Shown here piece by piece: positions 51,704 to 64,000 of a DNA stretch of 64,000 nt. Source of the DNA: Fimicolochytrium jonesii (lineage: Eukaryota); NCBI RefSeq assembly GCF_025526975.1, contig NW_026515669.1, positions 124,001 through 188,000 of the forward strand, given 5' to 3'. Under the pieces are notes generated by a model. That model worked only from the letters and a program-made list of their open reading frames with translations, ran no database searches and was not told the DNA's origin. The translations under genes and the position numbers were made by a program. Numbering within the stretch: the first letter of the stretch is position 1; every line of letters begins with the position of its first letter.

Positions 51704-52288
51704 CGAAGTGTTCGGGCCTAATCTTGGCGAAGAAAGCTTGAGAGGCCGGAGCAAGGCGTCTCTATGTGATCTGGAGGAGGACTGAGACTCCGTTACGCTG
51801 TTCTTCGAAGTAAGGACTTCCTCAATGGGGACTGTTCAAGAAAAGTCCAACTGCATTTGGAGAACGTGAGAGGGGACAGCGTATTCACTTCAGACGACAC
51901 ACGAATGTGCGCGTCGCGCCCGATGTTGGGGTCAGATTCGAAGACTTCTCACAACGAACAACGCTCTACGCTTAAGGTCAAAGTGCTTTCCAACACTTCC
52001 GTGCATGCCCACTCCAGGGGCCCATGTCCATGTACTTGGTTGCCGGAACAGCGTGGAGACAGATCTGGGGAATCTGCCACGAAAAGCAAACGGCATAAGG
52101 AATAACATCATAAAGAGGGACGTTGATACCAACCATGATAGATATTTCATCCGCCAAGGGAATGGAAAAGGCAAGCAAAGATGGCACAACACTGCCCACG
52201 AATCTCTTCTACGGAAGCGGGCAAGGCGACAGATCCGCAGCCCTCTCGCAGTGCCTATTACATAATTTTGAGTGGAATCCATCGGCAT

Positions 52289-53823
52289 CTACTTGTAGAA
52301 CTCCAACTCCAAATCGCTCTTCTTGACATTCGCCCTGTACGCCTTCTCGATGTCTTTTGACAATACTACGTATCGGTTTGCCTGAGAAACGATATATATT
52401 AGTTTCTCGACTTCCGAAATTTTCAAATGTCGAACAGAAGCTCCGATAGTTACCCTGACGGCGAACATTCCGGCTTGTTGACAAATAGAGGCGATTTCGG
52501 CACCGCTGAGCTTGTCTGGTCTCGAAACAACTGAACGGGGAAAAGACAGCGTCAGAAGTCTGCTCCAAGGAATAAGTACTCATTCATTGAGTCTTACATT
52601 CTTCCAAATCCACCTCCTCCGACAAGTTCATCTTGCTGGTCAATGTGGTGAAGATCATTCGCTTCTGTCGCCTGTCTGGCGTTGGGAATTCGATTTTGCG
52701 ATCCAATCGCCCGGGTCGTAACAGTGCGGGGTCCAGAGTGTCAGCACGATTTGTAGCCATGATCACCTGGCGATAAAGTCAAATGAGCCTCCAAACAGAG
52801 AGAGTCGAAACGAGCGGGGCCATTTTCCCACCTTGACATTCGATGTCTGATCGAACCCATCCATTTGGTTCAACAACTCCAAAAGAATACGCTGAACTTC
52901 TCGATCCGCACCCGTTTGTGCATCGAATCGCTTTGTCGCGATAGCATCAACTTCGTCGATGAAGATGATAGCCGGAGAGTTCTCACGCGCCATCCTGAAG
53001 ACATCTCGGACCATGCGAGGCCCTTCTCCCAGGTACTTTTGCACGAACTCGGATCCATTCACTCGGATGAAGGACGCGGTGGTGTGATGCGCAACAGCTT
53101 TTACCAGCATCGTCTTTCCAGTACCAGGTGGCCCATACAGCAGCACTCCCCTTGGTGGGTCGATACCGATCTGGCGATATAGGTCAAAGTGCGTCAAGGG
53201 CAATTCGACGGCCTCCCTAATCTCCTGTTTCTGGATGTCCAATCCTCCAATATCCTGGTACGTGACGTCCGGCTTTTCCTGGTCGCTCAGCATGGAGATA
53301 CTGCTGTCGGCCTCCGGTGGCAGAACGGCTACCAGAGCATTCGAGTGCCTGTGCAGAGCAACAGACGCGCTGGGCTTCAGCAACTCCCGGTCGAGTGTTG
53401 ATAGGATGCGCACAACATAGTTTGAACCGGTTGTTGAGCCGACGATCCCGGTGTGCTGATCAATGGGTTCGAGGAATTGCCCAATGACGAGCGGAACAGA
53501 CTGGATTCGTTTGACCTCCTCCTGTGCCCTAATCAACTCTCGTTTCAAGTTCTTTTGCTCGTCCTTGATATATTCTTCTTGCAGCGACAGAAACTCCAAA
53601 TGCCGTTGCAGTTTCTTCAATTTTGTGTACAAGTCCTCTTCGCTCATGTCCTCCACCAGCTCAGCCTTGGCAGCAGCGTACACATTGTCCTGTAGGTGAT
53701 TCAAGGCGGTCGTTATTAGTTTCTGAAGTCCCTGTAGCCATAGCTGCCCGTCCTTTGCACGCGTCTAAACGTCCAGCAATCACTCACCCCATCCAGAGGC
53801 ACTTTGATGCCGATTTCTTCCAT
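52289..53823 (-). CDS. RPT3: 26S proteasome AAA ATPase Rpt3
   Basis: [57 protein letters not shown]-terminal FEFYK*. Confidence 0.97.
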
Positions 53824-54259
53824 CTTGACGACAGCGCGGAGAAACGAGCCTGGAAGGGACTGGTTTCCGAGAACGAGTGTGAGGAGACGGACTGGTCTCT
53901 ATAGCGGCTGAAGCGGGTAGCTGTCGAGGGAGAGGTTGCAGGCTGTGTTGGATCGTACTGTACTCTCTACGAAAGGGTTTGTTGCGTGAGAACCGGTGGA
54001 TGGACCAAGCGACGCGAATTGGCTTCCGATGCGAGAATGATGAGCGCGCTGCAATGATGAGCCGTTTGCTCGAATTGATTTGACCAAGAAGGTCGGGGAA
54101 CGTCTTGGCTCTTGACAGAACTGTGTTCCCCACTACTACCTTCTACTACTACTTACTCCGCTCGCCAGCAGACCCACCCACTCATATCGCATATAAAGAG
54201 TCCCACTCAAGCGCCCCCTCTGCTCCCTTCAGCTCCTCTCAACAGAATATCACCCAACA

Positions 54260-55793
54260 ATGGCAGACGAAGAAATTGAAGCTCTCGAGCCCTCGCTCCG
54301 CAACGTCCTCGAACAGCAGTCTCTGCGCTGGGTCTTTGTCGGTGGGAAAGGTGGTGTGGGGAAGACAACTACAAGGTGCGCAGGTCTGGATACCGGGCCT
54401 AGGGTTGCAAGTCCCCGTTCTAAGATGTTGCTTCCAAAATAGTTGTTCTTTGGCTACACAATTGTCGAAAGTCCGCGAGTCCGTTCTCCTGATCTCCACC
54501 GATCCCGCACACAACTTGTCCGGTGGGTACTTTGCGCGAGACGCTATCGTTAAGGCATTGGATCGGGTCAGCGCGAAAGATGGGAAGGCTGACATGTGTC
54601 GTCGTGTTAGATGCTTTCGGTCAGAAGTTCTCAAAGAACCCCACGTTGGTCAACGGCTACACGAACCTCTACGCTATGGCAAGTAGCTCTCTAGTCTATG
54701 ATTTGACGTAGCGTTTGCGATCGCTCATACCTCCCTATAGGAAATCGACCCCACTGGCAGCATTCAGGAAATGATCGAAAGCTGTGAGTACCTTTGGAGT
54801 GACTTCCGATGCAACGCTGGCATCTCACCTCCATGCCCTCCCTTCCAGCACAAGAGACGAATATGCAATCACATCTGCAAGACATGGCTTTCGCCATCCC
54901 GGGTGTCGATGAAGCTATGAGCTTTGCTGAAGTCATGAAGTACGTGTCACCACACAATGACCAGGAATGAGAGTCAGGATGGATCCGGTCCTGACGTTTC
55001 GCCCAAATGCAGGCTCGTGAAATCCATGGACTACTCCACCATCGTCTTCGACACGGCACCAACAGGCCACACCCTCCGATTCCTCTCCTTCCCCACCGTT
55101 CTCGACAAGGCCCTCGGAAAGCTCTCCCAGCTTGGAGGTACATTAGGCCCAATGCTGCAGTCAATGGGACCCATGATGGGCATGCCCGCAAACACCGAGG
55201 ACGTTTTCGGGAAGCTGGAGAGCATGCGTGCTGTCATCCAGGAAGTCAACACCCAGTTCCAGGATCCCGTAAGTAATGGGGGTCTAACACGTTGCCGCGG
55301 GGAGTGTCGTACCTCGACTCACTCTCGTACTCCGTGTTCTGACAGGACAAGACAACTTTCATCTGCGTGTGCATCTCCGAGTTCTTGTCCCTATATGAGA
55401 CCGAACGTATGATTCAAGAGCTTACAACATTCAACATCGACACCCACAACATCGTCGTCAACCAGCTGCTGTACCCTCCCAAAGGTATGTGCGGAGGTGT
55501 ATGCTGGACATTAAGTGGCCTTGCCCTGGGCCCCCGACAGCTTATATACCGGTCGTCTAACGTTCGCTTCTCCACCGACTGACTGACCTGTCTGACCTTT
55601 CCCAGGCTCAACATGTGAGAACTGCGGCGTCCGTGCGAAAATGCAAGGGAAGTATCTGGAGCAGATCCACGAGCTGTACGAGGACTTCCACGTCGTCAAG
55701 ATGCCGTTGTTGACAAAGGAGATCCGAGGCGTAGATAGCATCAAGGAGTTTTCGGAACTGCTTGTTCATCCGTATCAGCAACCTGACGCGTAA
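54260..55793 (+). CDS. GET3: Get3/ASNA1 tail-anchored protein targeting ATPase
   Basis: [69 protein letters not shown], and CxxC. Confidence 0.96.
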
Positions 55794-56209
55794 AGCGCCG
55801 CGTTTGGGAAATTGAACCCGCGTAGTCAATGAAAGCGTTGGGTGGTGTCCCCTGCCTCTCCCTCGCCTGGGAGGCAGCGTAGAATGAATAGAATACCGTA
55901 GTCCGTAACATCGCATACTGACAGAACATCATTCTATCTCCACCGACACATATTTTCAGTCACGCACGATGCCGAGACCCAGTTGCCATGTTATTCTTCG
56001 AGATTTGAAGACGACCATGATAAACCATGCATTATACAACCAAGAATAAACAGAATATACAGAGTCCATAGAAGATTAGGCGCGCCAACGCACGCACGAA
56101 AGCCTTCACTACGCTCAAACCCCTCACCCGTCAGAGTTCGATACACCACGAACGCCGCATGCAGAATCACAACTCCCCACCCGTCCTAACCCCATGCCCC
56201 GCCGTCTCC

Positions 56210-58002
56210 TTAACAAAAACCGTAACGGGCGTCCCATCCTTCAGCTTCGTCTGCACCGGCACAAGCGTGTACCTCCCCACCCTCGGCAGCAGCACAAACC
56301 ACACCAGCCAGTAGGTTGCGCCCGCGACAAAGAACGCGACCGACACCGCGGGGGCGATCGCGTACCACAGGCTCTTGTAGACCGCTTCCTCGGGCTTGCT
56401 TGGCGCGATCCACGGCGCGATGACGAGGAAGAGGGAGATGAGGGTGAAGAAGAGGACGACGGGGAGGGACGCGCGGATGGAGGGGGACCAGGTCTTGGCC
56501 CATTGCGGGCGGAGGCGGTGCGGGAGGTACGCAGAGAGGAGGCCGAGGGCTACCGCGGCGTTGACGACGTTGAGGGGGTAGGAGGAGAGGTTGAGGACGA
56601 AGTCGTAGGCCTGGATGTGGGGGGAGTAAGCAGTTGGTCAATGGGGGGTGAACCTATGGGACGGTGGCTGATGGAAAGGGAGATGGGAAGTAACTTACAT
56701 CACCGGCCGGCGGGGCCAACAAAATGACGAGGGTGACGATAACGTGCCACGTGAGACCGGCCAAGGGGGACTTGAACGGCCTGTTGGAAGCCAAGATCTT
56801 GCTGAAGGGCACGATCCCATCCCGTCCCAGCGCCTGGTTCAGCCGTCCCTGGGAGAAGATGACGGAAAACACGTTCGCGGTCGCCGACAGCGCGACAAAG
56901 ACCGACAGCGCGCGGGCAGAGGACTCCCCAAACATGTTCTGGAAGAACAACGACGCTACGATCTGCGACCCGCCGAGGATCTGGTCCCGCGGCACCGCGG
57001 CGAAATAGGCGACCTGCACGAGCATGTAGAGAACCGTGATGACCCCCAACGCGAGCGGGCCGGCGATCTTGATGGTGCGCACGGGCGTGCGGATCTCGCC
57101 GAGGGCGTAGAAGATGTTGGAGTAGCCGACGTAGGACCAGACCGCGTTGTAGATGCAGGACACGATGCCGTAGAGGTCGCTGCGGGTGCCTTCGAAGGCG
57201 TTGGTGAAGTTGTCGGGGGGTGGGTTGGCGCGGGATTTACCGGCGAGGGCGGCGAACCCGGTGAAGGCGATTAGGACGAGGATGACGAGCTTGAACAATC
57301 CAACGACGCTGTAAAAGTGAACAAAAAAAGTTAGTTAGTTCATCAGAAGGGGCCGTCTCGTTCAATCCGCGAAAAGTATTCCCCGTGCAGAACGTACTTC
57401 TGGAACCTTAACCCCCACTTCAACATCGTTCCGTGAACAATAAGCGCCGCCACCAGGACTAATACTCCGATGCCTCGAGACCCCCACTCGTTCGACTGCC
57501 CTCCCGCACGCATAAGGTATCGTCCCGCCGTATACGCATTCCCCGCCGCCTGACCCAGCAGCAACGCCTGGGCCGCATACATAGACGCGACAAGAAATCT
57601 CGGCTTCTTGTAGATATGTTGCAGGTAGTTAAGCTCTCCCCCGTTGCGAGGGATGGCAGACGCAAACTCAGCGTAGACCAGGTAACCCGTCACGGCGATG
57701 ACGGCGCCAATCGCCCAGTAGATGAGCGACATCCCCGTGCTCCCCGATTGAGCGAGGATCGTGCTGGTGGTCGCAAACACTCCCGTTCCCACGATCCTGT
57801 TCACGATCAAGAAGGTGGCGGAGATCACGCCGAGTTGACGGCCCTGTGGGAGCTCGGATGTGGCCCCATCGGCGGCGGCTTGGCCCTCGAGTGTGTTGGG
57901 GGTGAGAGGAGCGTTAGGGTCCTTTGTGTAGCCGTCTTGTTCGCCGATGGTTTTTGAGGAGTCGGGGCGGCTCAGGGGAACCGTTGCATTGTGGGTTGAC
58001 AT
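56210..58002 (-). CDS. High-affinity methionine permease Mup1-like (APC/LAT family)
   Basis: RQLGVISATFLIVNRIVGTGVF, EFASAIPRNGGELNYL, WSYVGYSNIFYALGE, APPAGDAYDF; two introns. Confidence 0.88.
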
Positions 58003-59264
58003 CGCTGAGGAAAAAAATGATGATACTACTCAAAAATGAAAAAATGGATGGTACTACTTCTGGGGATCGTCCTGCGAGTCCACAACAGAGAAAAGATAGT
58101 GAGGCCTATGGCGGTCTTGGTTGAGATGACCTTGATCTGGAGAAAACAAACGCAGGGCCTGAAAAGCGACGTCGGCTCTTATATGTCTTCCGTGAGGAAA
58201 GAGAGCGATTGTCGAAGTCCAGCAGCCATCATCACGCACATGCAGACACACAGACACCGTGGGAAAAAAACAACGGCACAGCAGCCTGGGAAAAGGCGCA
58301 ACCGGGCGGGGATTTCACGTCGTGCATATGTCCAAGTCCAGTGTGTCGAAGCGCGGAGACAAGGTTGAGGGAAAGACGAAGGGAACAGGGGCAGTTACGA
58401 CAAGCACGCCATTGGGAGCCAATTGTCATGGAATAAATACATGTGAGCTCTTGCACATGTATTACATATTGTTGTGCGGTCGACATCGATGGGAAAAAAA
58501 GACACTCCGGAGAACGCCAGAAAAGAGCATTTGCGGGAAAGGCCGAAATGACACCATCGCGCATTCGTCATTCACGGCGTGTTTACGGCGCCCGCCACGA
58601 AAAGGGAAGCTCCGCAACCGCGTTTCAACCACCACGAATCACGTGGGGTGCCGGTTGCGCAATTTCACATGCGTTACTCACTGCTATCTATCGTTCCGGA
58701 CAGTGTGACATGGCCTCAAAAGTGGGTTTTAAGGTTTCCCACTGCCTATGACACAGAGAGATCGCCGTGTGCAATGGAGATTCTGCTGGCTTCGGAAAAG
58801 GCATGAATAATGCATCTCATCATACTACTCGGCGAGATGACCCACACCACAGCTTGGCAAGCGTTTCAACTTAGCATCGCATGCTGGGTTCGTTTCCCCC
58901 TAGGCATACAGTAGGTGAAAATGCAGCACGAGCGTACCTCATATGTCGACATTTTGCCGCAGGTTAAAGGTTAAGTGCTGCGGTGTTTGTGCTTCGCCCA
59001 GGACGTCTCTGTTATCCGGCAGCTGCCAATGCCGTGCGTTCTTCAAACACACTCCGTACTACAAGGAATGGGCATTCGGCTCTGTTCTCGAATTTGGTTG
59101 AACAGATTGACGGGTTGGCACCGTCACGTGACCAGCGCTGTCAGTGCTGTCATTTCGAGAAAGCTCCCTTCCACACCTCTCGAGTCTCAATTCACAACCA
59201 CCTAACATCTTGAAGATCAACTTACTGCAGGTTCTTTGATACGTTCATACGTACAGCGACTCTA

Positions 59265-61653
59265 ATGGTATTCACTGGTGCCCAAGTTGTGAGTTGCCGC
59301 TTTGTTTCCCCGTGAAGGTGCATCTTTGGTGGCTGGGGGACCTTAGACCTCACTTTTCGCAGACACCCTTGTCAAAAAGTCCACAGTATCCATGTTCGCT
59401 TCTTGAGTTACAAGATGCGCGAATTATACTAGACTGCGCGCTGGAGGTGGTGGTCAATACGGCTTCTAACGAGAGAACCCCGACGTGGGTTGTGCCGCCG
59501 TTCCTGGACTGCGATATTGAGAGTGTTGAGGCGGTCATTTTGACCAACTGCTACAATGCTTTGGCACTGCCGTTTCTTACGGAGTATACCAAGTTTGCGG
59601 GCGCCATTTATGCGACTGAGCCAACGGTGGAGTTTGCCAGGTGCGAAGACAATGTGTCGTCGAGACTAGAGAGTCCAGAAGAGCTGAATTGCCCCGCGTT
59701 ACCGTTCTAGGCTACTCCTGGAAGAATTGGTGAACACGTTTGCAAGGTTCAGATATGGGAGCATCTTTGGTGCAGGCATAGTCATGCGTCTTATTCATGA
59801 TGTTGCAGAGATCAACATCGAGGCGGGGAGGCATGTCCGGTTCGGTGGGGTTCGGACTCGATACCGCTGTATTCCTTGCACGACATCCAAAGCTGCTTGG
59901 CGAAGATTCGACTGCTACACTACGCCGAGATAAAGGTTCTTATGCCTTGAACCCTCTGAGTCTATTTCGCCGATGTTGATACATTGTCTTTGCAATGCAG
60001 GAGCTCAATGACCACGGCGATCATATTGTGCTCACGCCCCTGAGCTCCGGCTTCTGTCTGGGTTCGGCGAACTGGATCATCGAGACGCCCAATGGGAAGG
60101 TATTTTCCGTGCACGTAGGGCGGGTGACGGGGGCATGGACTGACAGGCGCATAGATATCATACATAGCCGCATCATCGAATAGCGAAATCGGTCATTCGG
60201 CCATGATCGACCTGAGGGCCTTCGCGGAAATGGATGCTGCCATAATCACCCAAGTTGGATCTCCGCGGCGGGATCCGTCGCTACTGAAGAACTCCATTAG
60301 CGATATGTTAAGGGTTGTTGGTAAGATCACATCTTCTCTACCGCACCTAATGCCTTCCGCTCGTTGACATGGAAGCTCATCATTTGCAGTGCGCGCGCTC
60401 GAAAACCGCGGCAACGTCTTGTTCCCGTGCTTTCCGTGCGGAACCATGTTTGACGTGATCGGGTTCGTCTCGGACTATATCAAGGCAGCTGGGTATTTGG
60501 ATACACCGATGCATGTCGTGTCTCCTCTCGCAAAGAGAGCTTTACACATGGCGAACATTCAAGGAGAATGGTACGGTTTTGGAGAATTTCAACGCTGAAA
60601 CCAGGGGAATAATCTGGATGTGCGTGCGCTTTCTAGGATGAGCGCAGATAAGCAGAGCAGTCTCTACCAAGCACGCCAGCCTCTTCGACATGGACAGTTG
60701 TTGGAGGAGAGGTCGCTCCATTACCATGAGACGCCCGAGACGGTGTTCAGCTTCCGGGGGCCTCATATTGTGTTTGCTGGATACGCCGGTCCTTTGAGTG
60801 GGGATGCCGAGATCTTTCTGAAGAAGTGGAGTCAAAATGCAAATAATCTACTAGTCCTAACAGGTGTGTACCGGTCATTTCCCGCCCATCATGAGCTCAG
60901 AATTCTCAACGGAGGTGTATGTAGAACCCTTAGCCAAGGGCTCCATACCGATGGAAGACGGTTTCAGCATGCAGATTTGCGAATGCCTGATCGAAACAAG
61001 ACCGTCGAGGGACGACCTGATATCTAAACTCAACGCCAACAGGGTTTTCTACCTTAGGGGAGCAAAGAACCCAGGAAATCTGCCAATAAGTCCGTCTCCG
61101 ACGATGCAGGCATTGCCGTTAGTGCCGCTGCAAATTGGAACTATTCCATTTACCAGGGATGTCGTCAAGGCCACTATTTTGGAGGAGGTATGATGTTACC
61201 TAGCGCGAAAGTTACCCTTCCCAGGACATCTCTTCTCATCCCAATCCTCAGGTTGCACGAGTCACCCTTTCGCAGGCGGATGCCGTGGTTATTGGAGGCA
61301 GCATCTCGACAAAAGAATCTGCCCTATGCACCATCCAGGCTTTGCCACACGCGACCGTTCCAGGGTACAACAACCGAGCCATTGCTGAGCAGATAGCTGC
61401 CGATTGTGCATCACAGGTACGCTCTTCATATAGTAAGTCTTTCGTGACCTGTTTCTAACCAACCTATTGCTACCAGCTGGGACCGGCGAGAATGCAGTTC
61501 TTCCCAACAGGAATCGTGCTCGACTGGGGGAATGGCGCTCACAAGATTGCACTCGAACAAGACGACATTCGTATTGAAGCTGCAGATGTACACGTGTTGG
61601 AGATTTTACGATCTACTGCTGGCAGCCGGATCAACTCCGCTCAGAACCACTGA
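59265..61653 (+). CDS. INTS9: Integrator complex subunit 9-like (inactive MBL/beta-CASP), multi-exon
   Basis: PCSLLELQDARIILDC, VILTNCYNALALPFLTEYTKFAGAIYATEPTV, PLSSGFCLGSANWII, GNVLFPCFPCG, VSPLAKRALHMANIQGEW; no HxHxDH metal motif. Confidence 0.85.
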
Positions 61654-61832
61654 GAGCGGCAGAATTTCGTTTTCGGTTTGAAAAAATTACGCCATCGTTG
61701 TGACAGATTATGTGGCGACGACGACCCCGGATGTACTTTCCCATCGATCGCTGCCTCCAGCCACGAAGCAGCCGAGTTGCCAAGGCCGTCATGGGGTATC
61801 GAGTCTAGGAGGCTTCCCGCGGTCCTCTACTC

Positions 61833-64000
61833 TCAAAAGTCGGCCATCTCCCTCTGCGTGATCATCAGATCCCTTACGGAACGGTTGGACTTGCCCGACC
61901 ACGGCCGCAACTTCTTCACGCCTTCCGGATCGACCCCATCGATGTCCTCCTCCCTCGCTTCCTCTCTGAGCAGTTCTTTCTGGTGCTGATGCAGCAAGTC
62001 CGCGTGCTCTGCGAGCCCGAATGCAAAGGTTCGTGGATCTGTGCGTGCCCACAGGTATCAACACCAAGTGCGCAAGGAAAGGACAAACATTCGGCAGAAC
62101 CGTCAAGCAACGACATACCTTCGGACAACCCGCTCGTAGCCAAGCCGCACCAATCCCTCACATACCCATCGAAATCGAGCGCCCGCGTCCATGTTATCAA
62201 GAAGTCGGGCTCAAGTTCGGCTTCCAATGCAGCCTCCAATGATCTTTCGGTCATCGGCGTTGGCGGTAGTATGCGGGAGGCTGTGACCGTCGCTTCGGCG
62301 TCCTCGTCACCAGTGAGAGGACGTGCCTGATGTGGGTCGGTTGCCCGAGGCGTAAGGGAGGACGGTCTCTCGGCTGCTTTTGTGGCTGTTGTTGAAGTCG
62401 TAGGGAATGTTCGACGACCTTCGTAATACCTGAGCAAATGAGATTTAGCCATGGGTCCCCTCGCATCAGTGTCTTTCTGCCTTATGTCGGCCGACCCCAC
62501 TCACAGTTTTCGAAGCCAGTTCAGCTTCCGTTGTCTCCGCGAGCGCTCGACTTCCTGCCGTCGCCTCAGTTTCAGATGATGATATGGTATCGTCTTGGTT
62601 TTCTCTTGGGCTAAGTCACTGTCTTCTTCAAGTATCTGGATGCTGCAGAATCAGTCAAACAACGCCTCATCGCATTCCAGAAAATCACGCACAACATTTC
62701 ATGTACCTTGTCTGAAACTGGTCGCCAGCCGTTGTTCTCGACCCTTCTGTACCATCCATCTAATAGCAAGAAAGTCGGGGCGATCAGACCGGAGCCGCGC
62801 GGAAGGTAAAGGTTGCGTTAAAACTCACTGAAAAGAGCCATCCCAGGTGCAGGTCCAATCTTATCGAAAAGCTTCACAGGTAAGGCTTGTTTACTCTCTG
62901 CGGACGTGTAGTCGCGCGGACTGAAGGCGTTCATGTCGATCAGGGCTTTGTGAACGTAGACTTTGTAGAAGATGGTTGGTGGGAAGGATTTCTGGTGGTG
63001 GAGACAGCCGTCAGAGGATAATTCTTCATTTGTTGTTGGGAGAGTCCATCCCTCCTTTCGGCATACATACTCCGCCCAGGCGAAACCGCACATGTGCACC
63101 CATGGATGCATCGATCAGCGCCGCTTCCTGGGGGTTGATGAACTTCAACAGACGTTTCGGGTCGCCCCGAAGCCTGAATTTGATCATGTCGCCGTAGATT
63201 TTGTATATCTTTCGATTCTGCAAGCTAATCTGAGACTTGGTAGGACCTCTGTGTGCAGACGGCTTTTGAACATACGTAATAACTTCGCCACAGCATTTGT
63301 ATCTTCCTCGCCGCTGCGTCCCATGATGTATGCTGCCCGGCTTTCCGCATCTTCCACATCATTTGCTTCATCGCCACGCCCGTAGATTGGTCTTCTCCTC
63401 CCTCGACCTTTTTGGGTGTGCGATACAATGTACATGTGATGAGCTATGTTGGAGGAACATCCCAACCCCCGAAAGAGAGAGCTGCATTTCAATCAACCTT
63501 CCGCTTGTAGGCCAGATAGCTTTTCCGCACTACCCACATCCGCCATAGCGATTGTATGAACGTGGCAGCGTACTCTGGAAATGTCGGCGGGAGACTGAAG
63601 TGGTTCCTTCGTTCCAAGAATGTGCAATATCTGTAGTAGCGCCGCAGCATTTTTTCCTGTAACGACAGATTCAGATGTTTTGTTACCTGCCCAAACACCT
63701 GCCGTTTGACACGAGCTCCCTGTCATACCTGAATACTCAACGAATACGCATCCACCGCCGGCAACACCAACTGAAAAGCCGTCCCCAGCCCCGTCCCAAC
63801 ATCCGGCGGACTCAGCCGATGCGTCTGAACCGTCAGCTGCCCACATATCACCTGAATGTACTTCCTGCGTGTGCGCCAGCCGCGATACAGAGATTGGAGG
63901 ATGAGGACTGCTGCCAGCCGAGCGAGCCGTTCGCGCACTTCCGGCTCATCTTCGACTGTGTAGGGGAGGCTGATGATGGGGCGCGGGGTGGATAGGGATT
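61833..64000 (-). CDS. IQ-motif protein, C11orf65/MFI-like (5' end lies outside the window)
   Basis: IQ motifs (LILQSLYRGWRTRRKY, FIQSLWRMW), GDPKRLLKFINPQEAALID..HVRFRLGG, FPPTIFYKVYVH, GWYRRVENNGWR, LITWTRALDFDGY. Confidence 0.8.

Overview
Gene-dense, intron-rich eukaryotic DNA, most likely from an early-diverging zoosporic fungus (chytrid-like). This is inferred from fungal housekeeping genes occurring alongside INTS9, a C11orf65/MFI-like IQ protein, an RSU1-like LRR protein and a CNBD channel. I can support about 25 protein-coding loci plus one probable pseudogene (BNR_4-like, with an in-frame TAG and a 1-nt frameshift). Exon boundaries were read by eye from GT..AG sites and frame continuity, so they are approximate. 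No rRNA, tRNA, CRISPR array or transposase was recognised. The main unexplained signals are: (1) a family of related elements, always in the host's sense orientation, inside introns of five unrelated genes, built from GC-GNA/GNNA-GC mini-hairpin units (core CCGAGCGA(T)AGCGAGGAGA) and followed in three cases by a (GTTGATG)n tail; (2) a strong C/A-rich to G/T-rich oscillation that appears phased to exon/intron structure; (3) a ~100-nt near-perfect intergenic hairpin; (4) three short interstitial TTAGGG tracts, two of which bracket RPT2 in inverted orientation.
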